Virus record (IMG/VR): IMGVR_UViG_3300017917_003607
Location: 47,692-111,691 of that record
Strand: one strand, 5' to 3'
From: a virus
DNA: 64,000 nucleotides
The notes under the pieces were generated by a model. The model was not told where the DNA came from and did not search any database. It worked only from the letters and a program-made list of their open reading frames with translations. Positions 1-9,446 of this stretch are shown here, piece by piece. Position 1 is the first letter of the stretch, and each line of letters begins with the position of its first letter. The position numbers and the translations under genes were made by a program.

Positions 1-803
1 TGTTTTCCAAATTCCTTATTTAAAAATTCTTTAACCTTTTCTATATTTTTTAAGTCGTCATCGGAAAACCCTATTTTTGGAATCACAAAATTATTGGTCA
101 CGTCATTTTTAAACAACACTTTACCCCCAATTTGTTGTGATAGTTGTTTTACATATCCGATAAATTCACGAAGTGCGTTTATTTTACCCTCTTCAGGATT
201 TGCTTCAGCACCTGTACCAAATGACACAGGATAAAACCTACACATATCCAAATAGTCCGAAATCATTGTGTCATCACCTTTCATCTCTTCACCAGCGATT
301 TCTCTATAATCTTTTAATGATTGAACTAATTTTTCTTGGTCAATACCTCCTATATCATTTTTGATTAAAATATAGACTGCTTGTTTAAGTGTGTTTGGGT
401 TGTGTCCACGAGCGGTGATGATTGAAAAAATCGACCCACCATTAATACACTCAACAAAATCGTCCCACGATGGACCGAAACTAGCTAATAATACGTCTTT
501 TAAAAATTGTTGGTCACCACCCTCTCTGAAAAATCTAAAAGGACCTTCAGCATACCCGACAATATTTTTTCCATCATAGACAAATGGTTCTTTACCTAAA
601 ATGTGTCTATACTCAGCAAAATCTTCAGTAGACAGACCAACCTCTGTACCGTTTTCATCTACTACCATTATTTTTGTTGGCATGTTCATTATGTTATCAT
701 CCCAATCAAATGCATAGTATTTGTGGTCTGGTATTTTATTAGGGTCCAAACCTTCGTTTACTAAACTTAATAAATTTTGACGTACAATCTTGTGTAGAGA
801 CAT
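1..803 (-). CDS. HAD-superfamily phosphatase (3' end outside window; not in ORF track)
   Basis: Manual translation from ATG at 803: MSLHKIVRQNLLSLVNEGLDPNKIPDHKYYAFDWDDNIMNMPTKI (motif I DxD) ... FSIITARGH (motif II) ... PKIGFSDDDLKN (motif IV). The frame runs off the window start. Confidence 0.85.
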   Translation of the reverse strand, partial: MSLHKIVRQNLLSLVNEGLDPNKIPDHKYYAFDWDDNIMNMPTKIMVVDENGTEVGLSTEDFAEYRHILGKEPFVYDGKNIVGYAEGPFRFFREGGDQQFLKDVLLASFGPSWDDFVECINGGSIFSIITARGHNPNTLKQAVYILIKNDIGGIDQEKLVQSLKDYREIAGEEMKGDDTMISDYLDMCRFYPVSFGTGAEANPEEGKINALREFIGYVKQLSQQIGGKVLFKNDVTNNFVIPKIGFSDDDLKNIEKVKEFLNKEFGK

Positions 804-946
804 TATTTCTTTTTGGACAATTTAGCAATTATTCTTTCTAATTGTGATTCAGTTACAATAACCGACTGCGGTTTTTCAGAAAACGTTTTTAAACCACTTA
901 ATTTAACGTTCAAATTTTCGAGTAAAACTTTTTTTTCGAATTTCAT
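803..946 (-). CDS. 47-aa hypothetical protein (not in ORF track)
   Basis: MKFEKKVLLENLNVKLSGLKTFSEKPQSVIVTESQLERIIAKLSKKK*. Its stop overlaps the HAD start (TAATG), and it lies directly downstream of the sheath gene. Confidence 0.7.
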   Translation of the reverse strand: MKFEKKVLLENLNVKLSGLKTFSEKPQSVIVTESQLERIIAKLSKKK

Positions 947-964
947 GATATTTTTTTTTAATTT

Positions 965-987
965 GGGGGTAGGAATGACCTACCCCC
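965..987 (-). other. GC-rich stem-loop after the tail sheath gene (RNA stability/attenuation or weak terminator)
   Basis: GGGGGTAGG-AATGA-CCTACCCCC, a perfect 9-bp stem. No U-tract follows on the minus strand. Confidence 0.55.
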
Positions 988-1001
988 GTTTATAATATGT
1001 A

Positions 1002-4000
1002 TTAGATATTTTCAAAAGAAGCACCTGTTGGAGTAATTAAGAATTCAATATCTATAAATTCAAGTGCTTTAGTTGGTTTAAGGTAAATTTTACCTGTTAA
1101 AGTATTTCTGTCTAAGTCTTCAGGTGTATTTGTTACAACAACTCTAAAGTCAATCAAACCTCTATCTCTTCTTATTGAATCCAAAATTGGGTTAACAGAA
1201 TCCAAGAAGTCCTGTCTAACTTTATCGTCGTTTTGTTCAAACAACAACCTTACAGCCACAGCCGAAATCAATTTACGAGCTTGTAACAACAATCTTCTTA
1301 CGTTGATTCTATCAAGAGCTGATTGTGCAACTTGTGTTGTTTTATTACCCCAAATCAAAGTTCCCACATCAGAGAAAGTTGCAATTGGGTTAATTCTTCC
1401 TTGATAAAGTGTATCTCTATCATCTTGTGTAAGTTTTTTACGTGCTTTGATTGAACTTACGATACCTCTTGTGTAACCCGCAGATGCGAACCATGGGAAA
1501 GAAATATTATCAGTTAACGCTAAGTTTTTACAAACCTCAGCAGTTGGAGGTAAATAAATCTGTGTATTGTTTACTGTATCTCTTGTTAATACCCAAGGAT
1601 AATAAGTTGCGGTGTAATTTGAATCTATACCCGCAGTATCTAAGTTGTCTACCGCTTCTGTTGGGTAAATCAAATCAGTTGCTGGTGTTGTTGAGGTAGG
1701 TGCAAATAAATCATAATCAGGACATGTCATGATGTATAATGAATCCGCTCTTTGAGATTCAATCATATCAATAGCATCTGCAACTAAATTAGAGTTATTA
1801 ACAAAATCAATACCTGGAGTAACAAAAACGTTGATATTTGTAGCTTCAGGATTTGCAAATGTTTCTTGTCCTAAAAGATATGCGTAATAGTCTGTGTTTG
1901 CCCAATCAGTTGCGTTGTTGTTTATTACTATTCTTTTGAATGCTCCCCAACCTGTCGCGTCAGGAAACTGAGATGAAGGTGCCGCTCCTTTTTTATAGTT
2001 ACCACCACCTAAAACATAATCATCACCATTAGTTCTATATTTTCTGTAGATATCCCATCCGTCAAAACCACCATTTACAAATAGAGTAAATTTACGTGAT
2101 TGTAATCTGTAGTAAGGGTCTGTAGAACTTGTTGGGTCAGAGGTAAAAGACGCAGCTCCAACCTCAAACGCCGAAGTTCCTGAAGTACTAAATGACGATG
2201 AAATAGTTACAACTGTTGCCCCACTATCCATATGGAAACCTTTAGATTTGTAATCCCAAGGTGTTGAGGTTGTTGCCTCTGCAATATCACTAGGTGTTTG
2301 TTTACCCTTATAGTCAAAAAACTCAGAGTCATAACCTATTGTATCTGAAAGACCTAAGAAAGTTCTATTTATTTTATCACCCGAACTTCTTTGTACTGAA
2401 GAAAATGGTGGTTGGAAAGTAATTTCACCAGCGGTAAAATATTTAGTTTTGTATGTTGGGAAAGGAGTTAAAGCTCCATTATAATTTCTCATTGAGTATC
2501 CTTCAAAACCACAAGGTAGTGCGTCTACAGGTGCTTCAGGATTAATTTCCAACATTACAAACTTAGACCTCTGTTGATATTCGCCATCACTTGTTCCTAT
2601 TTTTACACCCACAAAACTGTTTGAATTTGGGTTCATAGAACAATTTGTAAATTTCTCCAAATATACAGGGTTAGCGTCAGTGTCGTTGAAAGCTCTAATA
2701 CCAACATCAAAAGTTCCGTTGTTAAATGATATGTTGAGTATTGATATTTTTATTTCTTGGTTTGCTGCGTTACCGTCAGATATTGAAATAAATTTAAATA
2801 ATTGATAAACTTTATTACCTCTCAATTCTGAAACCAAATAAGGTGTTTCAGGAGTTTGGTATTGTTCTAAGTACCAACCAATTGATGTAAGCGTTCCATT
2901 ATCGTCTTGTGCAGAAGGTAAAGAGGTCAAGTTAGAACTTATACCTCTAATATAACCTTTCTTATAACCGTAGTTTAATAAATTACTAAATTCTTCTTCA
3001 ACAAATAAAGGTACTTGTTCACTTGGTTTTGCAAAGTTTGAAAGACCTAAAACTCTAGAAATGTAATTACTATCTGTCGAGTCCATAGAAACTTTAAACT
3101 CAAATGAAGTTCCGTTATTTGAAACCCCTGATATGCCAAATGGTGAATAAGGACTAAAAGTCGCTGCTGAATATACGCTATTAAAATCTAAAGTAACATC
3201 ACTTGTTCCCGATACAACCCAAACAGGATTTACCGAAGATGTGTATGTAGAAACACCTCTTGAGCGAAGTGTTGCAACTACCACATTATTATACTCAGTA
3301 AATGCAGTACCGATTTGTGTGAAACCTGAAACAGAAACTGAACCTGAGAATTGTCCTGCGACACCATAAGTAGTTCCTGACAAAGTATTTACCCTTGAAA
3401 TAAACGAGTAACCTGAATAAGCGTTTCCTGTTGTAGGTTTAAATTGTGCGTAATACCAAGCGTCGTTATCTCTACTACCATAAGTGGTCAAACTATCTTT
3501 AACACTTGGTACATTATATACGTTAGTAATTCCTGTCCATCCCGCACCTGTTAGGGCATCATATCTTGCATCTGGAACCGTACCGAAAACATATGCTGAT
3601 GTACCACTTGTTGCAGGTGTTGCAAATACACCACTTAGTAAAGATTTTAATTTAGCCGAAATACTTGTTGAAGTACCATTATTTAAACTTAATACTCTAT
3701 TCAAATCAGAATTAAATATTGCGGAAGAAGTTGAGCCAAGCTCAATTGTTGAGGTTCCGCCAGTTGTTCCTGTAAATGTTACGATTACTTCAGTGAGTGA
3801 AGAATTCTGAGAAACAGAACCACCACTTACGTTTGCTATTGTTTTGATTGACCAAGAAGGTCCCGCATCATAACCCGAAAGTCCTAATACTCTTGTAACA
3901 AACAATTGATTAGATTGTTGTAAATAAGCCTTTGCAATATAGGCCGCTTCGTATTTAGGGATTTGTGTTTCCACGAATTTTTCAGGAGTTGTTCCACCAA

Positions 4001-4175
4001 ACACTGTTTGGAATTGGTCAAAATCTGAAATGAAAATAGGTTCAAATGCTGGTCCCTTTAAGGTTTCACCAACAATGCCCAAAGTTGTAACACCTACACT
4101 TTGTGCTACGAATGATAAATCACGTTCTGAAGTATAAACTCCAGGTGAAACGAATACTTTATTGGATGTTGCCAT
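1002..4175 (-). CDS. gp18: Contractile tail sheath protein (T4 gp18-like) with Ser/Thr/Gly-rich insertions
   Basis: N-terminal FVSPGVYTSERDLS and GETLKGPAFEP; C-terminal YYPWV, PWFASAG, RINPI, WGNKT, DRINVRRL, LFEQND, KPTKALEFI are sheath hallmarks. Confidence 0.95.
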   Translation of the reverse strand: MATSNKVFVSPGVYTSERDLSFVAQSVGVTTLGIVGETLKGPAFEPIFISDFDQFQTVFGGTTPEKFVETQIPKYEAAYIAKAYLQQSNQLFVTRVLGLSGYDAGPSWSIKTIANVSGGSVSQNSSLTEVIVTFTGTTGGTSTIELGSTSSAIFNSDLNRVLSLNNGTSTSISAKLKSLLSGVFATPATSGTSAYVFGTVPDARYDALTGAGWTGITNVYNVPSVKDSLTTYGSRDNDAWYYAQFKPTTGNAYSGYSFISRVNTLSGTTYGVAGQFSGSVSVSGFTQIGTAFTEYNNVVVATLRSRGVSTYTSSVNPVWVVSGTSDVTLDFNSVYSAATFSPYSPFGISGVSNNGTSFEFKVSMDSTDSNYISRVLGLSNFAKPSEQVPLFVEEEFSNLLNYGYKKGYIRGISSNLTSLPSAQDDNGTLTSIGWYLEQYQTPETPYLVSELRGNKVYQLFKFISISDGNAANQEIKISILNISFNNGTFDVGIRAFNDTDANPVYLEKFTNCSMNPNSNSFVGVKIGTSDGEYQQRSKFVMLEINPEAPVDALPCGFEGYSMRNYNGALTPFPTYKTKYFTAGEITFQPPFSSVQRSSGDKINRTFLGLSDTIGYDSEFFDYKGKQTPSDIAEATTSTPWDYKSKGFHMDSGATVVTISSSFSTSGTSAFEVGAASFTSDPTSSTDPYYRLQSRKFTLFVNGGFDGWDIYRKYRTNGDDYVLGGGNYKKGAAPSSQFPDATGWGAFKRIVINNNATDWANTDYYAYLLGQETFANPEATNINVFVTPGIDFVNNSNLVADAIDMIESQRADSLYIMTCPDYDLFAPTSTTPATDLIYPTEAVDNLDTAGIDSNYTATYYPWVLTRDTVNNTQIYLPPTAEVCKNLALTDNISFPWFASAGYTRGIVSSIKARKKLTQDDRDTLYQGRINPIATFSDVGTLIWGNKTTQVAQSALDRINVRRLLLQARKLISAVAVRLLFEQNDDKVRQDFLDSVNPILDSIRRDRGLIDFRVVVTNTPEDLDRNTLTGKIYLKPTKALEFIDIEFLITPTGASFENI

Positions 4176-4300
4176 TATTTTTAATTTTTCTTTTTACGGT
4201 TTTATTTTTATACATAAATATTGTTGATTTTTTCAAAAAACTTTGTAACGCATTTATATTTATAAAGTGGTGGGAATAAATTCTGCCTTTTTTCTACCAT

Positions 4301-4471
4301 ATGAAAAAAACACCCAAGAAGATAAAAAACATAAAGATTTCTATAGAATCACATCAGATTCTTAAAGATTACTGTAATAAAAAAGGATATAAGATATACG
4401 GTTTTTTAGAAGAACTTATTAAGAATAATTGTAAAATAAAAACCGACCTATATGGTGACCCATTAGATTAA
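4301..4471 (+). CDS. 56-aa ribbon-helix-helix-like DNA-binding protein (not in ORF track)
   Basis: MKKTPKKIKNIKISIESHQILKDYCNKKGYKIYGFLEELIKNNCKIKTDLYGDPLD*. The KNIKIS beta-strand followed by two helices fits an RHH pattern; TATTTAT box at 4257-4263. Confidence 0.6.
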   Translation: MKKTPKKIKNIKISIESHQILKDYCNKKGYKIYGFLEELIKNNCKIKTDLYGDPLD

Positions 4472-5506
4472 ATCTACTTTAAATAGAATATTTGCATCTT
4501 GTCCGACAACTTCTTTTGTTACATTAATTCTTAAAGTGTCATTAGTATTAATTTGAAAATAAGTTAAATCGTTCCCAATCAAATTACCATTAATTAAAAC
4601 TTCATAAGTCAAAACATTTTCTGTTTTTACTAAATGATAATCGTAGTTAGCACTTACCAAATCAATTAAAGAATTGTTAGAACCTAAAAACTGAAAATTA
4701 CCAACTATTGTATTTTCGTTTGGTTGTAATGATGTTGCTTGTCTAGCTCTTGTTTTGGTAGATATATCATACATCGTTAAAACTCTTGAAACCGCAGGAG
4801 ACACCTCAAATTGTTCTTCATCTAACAAAATACCCAACATCTTAAAAGTGTAGTTTTGTATGTAGTATCTTCTTTTTTGTAATTCAACAACGGATTCATC
4901 AGAAATCGAATCCATTATTATTGGTATGTATCTTCCTTTTATTAATGTATATGCTTGTCTTGAAGAAAATTTTTCCAACACTTTTTTATTGAATGAATTT
5001 ATTTCTCTCATTCTATTACAAAAGATTTTAACTTCATATGTTATATCTACAGGAATTGGTTGTGGTATTTTATATACATCATATCCATTTCTTGTACCAT
5101 CAAAATTAGGGACCAATGAGTATTGAAAAAGTGGTCTACCTGGAATTCTATAAGCATTTGCACCTTGATTTGTACCATATGGTGTCTCAGGTTTTCTTAT
5201 AGTCGCAACAAATGGTGGAGAAATATTATTATCCAAATCATTAAAATTCCAAGTTTGAGTAAACTGAGCCCAGTTTTGTGTGGTAATCAAAACGTCAACC
5301 GTGTTAACTTTTTTTCCGTCAACGGATATACCAAGGTCATCTTTTACAAAATCTAACATTCCCCTATCTAAATCCGCATGATAAATACCCTTAGGTAAAT
5401 AAGTACCATCCTTTTGTATTTGTTCTAAAAGCTCTTCTCTTCTCTGTTGTAGAATTTTAGGAGAAGTTAAATTAATCGTTTTTAAAAGTTTTTTTGGAGT
5501 TGCCAT
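4463..5506 (-). CDS. Tail terminator / sheath stabiliser (T4 gp15-like)
   Basis: PIPVDITYEVKIFC motif typical of gp15-like proteins; lies between the sheath and neck genes. Confidence 0.6.
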   Translation of the reverse strand: MATPKKLLKTINLTSPKILQQRREELLEQIQKDGTYLPKGIYHADLDRGMLDFVKDDLGISVDGKKVNTVDVLITTQNWAQFTQTWNFNDLDNNISPPFVATIRKPETPYGTNQGANAYRIPGRPLFQYSLVPNFDGTRNGYDVYKIPQPIPVDITYEVKIFCNRMREINSFNKKVLEKFSSRQAYTLIKGRYIPIIMDSISDESVVELQKRRYYIQNYTFKMLGILLDEEQFEVSPAVSRVLTMYDISTKTRARQATSLQPNENTIVGNFQFLGSNNSLIDLVSANYDYHLVKTENVLTYEVLINGNLIGNDLTYFQINTNDTLRINVTKEVVGQDANILFKVDLI

Positions 5507-6018
5507 TATATACCTCTAAACTCATCTTCACTTACTGGTGTACAAATAAATGTTTTATAAAACGGTTTATAACCACCATAAGTATGTTTATTGTCCGAAA
5601 CAATCCTACCATCATCAGCAACAGAATAATATCTCATTCTACTTTCAGTTTCAGCATAACCAATATAATCACCATATTGTACTTGAACATTTAATTCTTC
5701 CAAATGATGTAAATACACACTAAACTTCATGTTACCAGGTTCTGTTTGAGTTAATCTAGAATTCCCAAACGTAGGATTTTCGGGTGCTAATATTTGAAGG
5801 AACCCTTTAACCTCAACAGGAGGTAAAAAACTAATTGAGTCTTTTAATGCCTCACCATACACATCGTCTTGATTTGTTTTTGACCTATCTATTCGATATA
5901 GTACTACACTAAAATTCATATCTCCAAATAACCATTCTTCACCCAAAGAAATATTTAATTGAAAATCTTTCTCTCCAAAAAACCTTGAAATTCGCGTAAT
6001 TGGGACTTTGTTACTCAT
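5506..6018 (-). CDS. Neck / head-closure protein (T4 gp14-like)
   Basis: VLYRID...DDVYGE...F.PPVEVKG pattern. The ATG at 6018 sits 5 nt from a TATTTAT box and is preferred over the GTG at 6033. Confidence 0.6.
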   Translation of the reverse strand: MSNKVPITRISRFFGEKDFQLNISLGEEWLFGDMNFSVVLYRIDRSKTNQDDVYGEALKDSISFLPPVEVKGFLQILAPENPTFGNSRLTQTEPGNMKFSVYLHHLEELNVQVQYGDYIGYAETESRMRYYSVADDGRIVSDNKHTYGGYKPFYKTFICTPVSEDEFRGI

Positions 6019-6060
6019 TATTGATAAATACACTAAAATTGATTATTATTATAAGGATTA

Positions 6061-7830
6061 ATGTCAGATAATTCACCAATAGAATTAGTTTCACTTGTTG
6101 AACAAAAAGCTCTGAATGTTTTAGAGAACTATAACGGTGCAAATAACTATATACTGAAACTTAAAAATATATACGGACCTAATAAAAAAGGTATTCCAAC
6201 GAGAAGTCAATCTGATTATATTATAACCTATCAAAATACAGTTCCAAAAATAGCTCGTAAGTGGGTAGAATTAGATAGTTATTTTTCTGAAAAAATCGCA
6301 AACGAAAAATTATACACCGAACCCCCAAAACAAGTTTGGGTAGAAAAGTTATTAGTTGAAAAAGACAAATCATATCATGTGTGGGGTAAATTCCTCGAGA
6401 GTGAACAACTATCAGAATTTTGGATTCCAAAAGTTGCGATTATTAAAAACCCCGAACAATACTATAAAGAAATAGATTTTTCAAAGTATTCACATAGACC
6501 ATTATTATCACATCAAATAGAAGCGGTAAACAAACTTGTAAGAACAAAAAGATTTATATTAGCGGATGATATGGGATTGGGAAAAACTACATCAACTGTG
6601 GTTGCTGCGTTAGAAACCGAAGCCAAAAAAGTTTTGGTAATTTGTCCTGCATCGTTAAAGATAAATTGGCAAAGAGAAATACAAAACTATACAGATAGAC
6701 CAACTTTTATTTGTGATGGAAAAAAATATGAAGATACTGATTTTGTAATAATTAACTATGATATCATTAAAAATTTTCATGACCCCGAAAATGAAAAAGA
6801 ATCTTTAATATTAAAAAGTAAATTTGATTTAATAATAATTGATGAGGCACATTACATACAGAATAAATCAGCACAAAGAACAAAATTAATCAATAGTTTT
6901 GTTAAAGATGTTGATAGATTGTGGTTACTAACAGGTACACCAATGACCTCAAGACCCATGAATTATTATAATCTTTTAAATCTTGTTGAATCACCCGTGG
7001 CGGCAAATTGGATGGCTTACGTTAGAAGATATTGTAATGGATACCAATTCAAAGTCGGAAATAGAAAAATATGGAACGTCACGGGCGCATCAAATTTAGA
7101 AGAACTAAGAGACAGAACATCAAAACAAGTTTTACGTAGATTAAAAACTGAAGTGTTAGACTTACCTGATAAGATTATAACACCTGTATATTTGAGATTA
7201 AAATCAAAAGAATATGAAAATTTAATGGGTGAATATTATGATTGGTATGATAAAAATCCCGATGAAAGTACATCACTAACCGTCCAATTTACAAAACTTA
7301 CAAAAATAAGACAGGTAATCGCAAGTGAAAAAATAAACTCAACAATAGAATTAATTGAAAACATTTTAGAACAAGATAAAAAAGTAATAGTTTTTACAAA
7401 CTTTACAGAGACATTACACACAATACATTCACACTTTGGAAAAAAATCGGTTTATCTTGATGGTTCTTGTAGTCCAAAACAAAGACAGGACGCGGTAGAC
7501 AATTTTCAAAACAATGAAGAAATTAGAGTGTTTGTCGGAAACCTGAAAGCCGCGGGTGTTGGTATTACACTAACCGCGGCTGAGGCTGTTATTATGAATG
7601 ACTTATCATTTGTACCATCAGACCATTCACAAGCTGAAGACAGAAGTTATAGATACGGACAGAAATCAAATGTTTCTGTTTATTATCCAATATTTGAAAA
7701 TACAATCGAAGGAGTTATATACGATATACTAAATCATAAGAAAAATATTTTTGAGACTGTAATGGGTGATAATCAATCAAGAGCGGATGTTGTACAAGAA
7801 ATAATGAGTCGAATTAATGAACGAATGTAA
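6061..7830 (+). CDS. SNF2-family (SMARCAL1/HARP-like) helicase/ATPase
   Basis: LADDMGLGKT (I), ICPASL, IIDEAH (II), LTGTP (III), AAGVGITLT (V), QAEDRSYRYGQ (VI). Confidence 0.93.
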   Translation: MSDNSPIELVSLVEQKALNVLENYNGANNYILKLKNIYGPNKKGIPTRSQSDYIITYQNTVPKIARKWVELDSYFSEKIANEKLYTEPPKQVWVEKLLVEKDKSYHVWGKFLESEQLSEFWIPKVAIIKNPEQYYKEIDFSKYSHRPLLSHQIEAVNKLVRTKRFILADDMGLGKTTSTVVAALETEAKKVLVICPASLKINWQREIQNYTDRPTFICDGKKYEDTDFVIINYDIIKNFHDPENEKESLILKSKFDLIIIDEAHYIQNKSAQRTKLINSFVKDVDRLWLLTGTPMTSRPMNYYNLLNLVESPVAANWMAYVRRYCNGYQFKVGNRKIWNVTGASNLEELRDRTSKQVLRRLKTEVLDLPDKIITPVYLRLKSKEYENLMGEYYDWYDKNPDESTSLTVQFTKLTKIRQVIASEKINSTIELIENILEQDKKVIVFTNFTETLHTIHSHFGKKSVYLDGSCSPKQRQDAVDNFQNNEEIRVFVGNLKAAGVGITLTAAEAVIMNDLSFVPSDHSQAEDRSYRYGQKSNVSVYYPIFENTIEGVIYDILNHKKNIFETVMGDNQSRADVVQEIMSRINERM

Positions 7831-7871
7831 AGTTTTGTGGAACTCTATTTATTTATAATAAAAGTAGAGAC

Positions 7872-9434
7872 ATGAAATTGAAAAAGTTAGAATCCGAAAT
7901 TGAAGAACTACAAAGTATAATCGAAGGTACCGAAAACACACAAGAAATACTTCAAGAGCAACAAAAAGAAATTATTAACGAAATGAAGAAAATAGGTATT
8001 GAAAAATTACCTTACTCTTATTCTTCACTCCAACGATTCATTGACCCAAAAACAATGAATATCCACTATAACAAACATTACAAAGGATATGTGGATAAAC
8101 TAAACAAAGCATTAGAAAAACAAAAAGACAACGATTTAGACCTCGAAGAGATAGTTAAAGGTATTTCTCGTTTTAGTAAAACCGTTAGAAATAATGCTGG
8201 TGGGGCTTTTAACCACGCATTGTTTTGGAAAATGTTAACACCAAAAAAACAAAAGATTAAAGGTGAAATTTTAGAAAAAATCATTAAAGATTTTGGTTCA
8301 TACGAAGAATTTAAAAAACAGTTCATTGAAAAATCAAAATTAAATTTTGGTTCAGGTTGGTGTTGGTTGGTTATTACAAAAACAGGTAAATTAAAAATTG
8401 TAACCACGCCAAATCAAGACAATCCATTAATGAATGTTATTAAAGATGGCGGATACCCACTTTTGGGGTTAGACCTTTGGGAACACGCATATTATCTTAG
8501 ATATCAAAACAAAAAAGATGAATATATTGAAAAGTTTTTTTTAGTTGTTAATTGGGAATTTGTAAATTCTCTATATACGGCAAAAACCGAGAAGAAATTA
8601 AATGAAGAAAAATTAGTATCACAAATTTTAACAGAAGAACAAAGAAGTATGGGATGTAATTCATCACAAGTGAAACAAATTAACAGATTGTTTTCAACAA
8701 ACCCACAAGTAAAATACAAGTTTATGAACACCATTAACACAATATTAAAAAGTGTTTATGCCGAATATTGGAAAGAAAAAGACGAATATGAACCAGGTTC
8801 TATGTCAGGAATATATGATTTTGGTACCAAAGGACGTTCAGTTTTAAATAAACTAAACACAAACTACAGTTCATTTTGTATTTTAATGAACGACCTCAAT
8901 ATTTTTTTAATTTCAAAAGAAAAACAACCAATTATGTTCTCTATGAACAATAAAGAACAACAACTACAAGAGGTTGAAAGATTTTGTAACTATTTGGAGT
9001 TACTCAAAGATAGAATTTTTAATTTGTCTACATCGAAAACATTCCAAGAAATTTTCAAAAAATTAAAAGAGACTGACCAAAGAGGTGAAAAAAGAGAAGA
9101 CGATACGGTAATACAACTTAAAAAAATATTCAAAACCGATAAAGTTGAAAAAATTGGTGGTCTTGGGAATGAAGAAGATATGATTTCAGGTGTAGACGCA
9201 ATTATTGATGTTAATGGTGAAAGGAAAACCGCACAAATTAAACCATTTAGTTACACTAAAGACATCTCAGATAATGAAGTTATGGTATTTGGTGCTAGTG
9301 CACCTAAAAAATACAAAACCGATTTTATTGTTTTTAATAACCCAAGTAGAACTTTGGTTTTTAAAAATCAAGGAACAAAAATATTAGACGGAAATTACGT
9401 TTTTCCAAAAGAAAGCGAAATTAAATCTGTTTAA
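7872..9434 (+). CDS. sodA: Mn/Fe superoxide dismutase fused to a C-terminal domain with a PD-(D/E)XK-like nuclease motif
   Basis: LPYSY, HYNKH, NNAGGAFNHALFW, FGSGWCWL, NQDNPL, DLWEHAYY (all four metal ligands; GG and Q indicate Mn type). The extra ~280 aa contain EDMISGVDAII...TAQIKPF. Confidence 0.88.
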   Translation: MKLKKLESEIEELQSIIEGTENTQEILQEQQKEIINEMKKIGIEKLPYSYSSLQRFIDPKTMNIHYNKHYKGYVDKLNKALEKQKDNDLDLEEIVKGISRFSKTVRNNAGGAFNHALFWKMLTPKKQKIKGEILEKIIKDFGSYEEFKKQFIEKSKLNFGSGWCWLVITKTGKLKIVTTPNQDNPLMNVIKDGGYPLLGLDLWEHAYYLRYQNKKDEYIEKFFLVVNWEFVNSLYTAKTEKKLNEEKLVSQILTEEQRSMGCNSSQVKQINRLFSTNPQVKYKFMNTINTILKSVYAEYWKEKDEYEPGSMSGIYDFGTKGRSVLNKLNTNYSSFCILMNDLNIFLISKEKQPIMFSMNNKEQQLQEVERFCNYLELLKDRIFNLSTSKTFQEIFKKLKETDQRGEKREDDTVIQLKKIFKTDKVEKIGGLGNEEDMISGVDAIIDVNGERKTAQIKPFSYTKDISDNEVMVFGASAPKKYKTDFIVFNNPSRTLVFKNQGTKILDGNYVFPKESEIKSV

Positions 9435-9446
9435 TATTTATAATAA

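Noticed and set aside
173-995. Plus-strand ORFs 173-364, 391-579 and 813-995 in the track
   Set aside because: The minus strand carries a motif-complete HAD gene and a coupled small ORF, so these are shadows.
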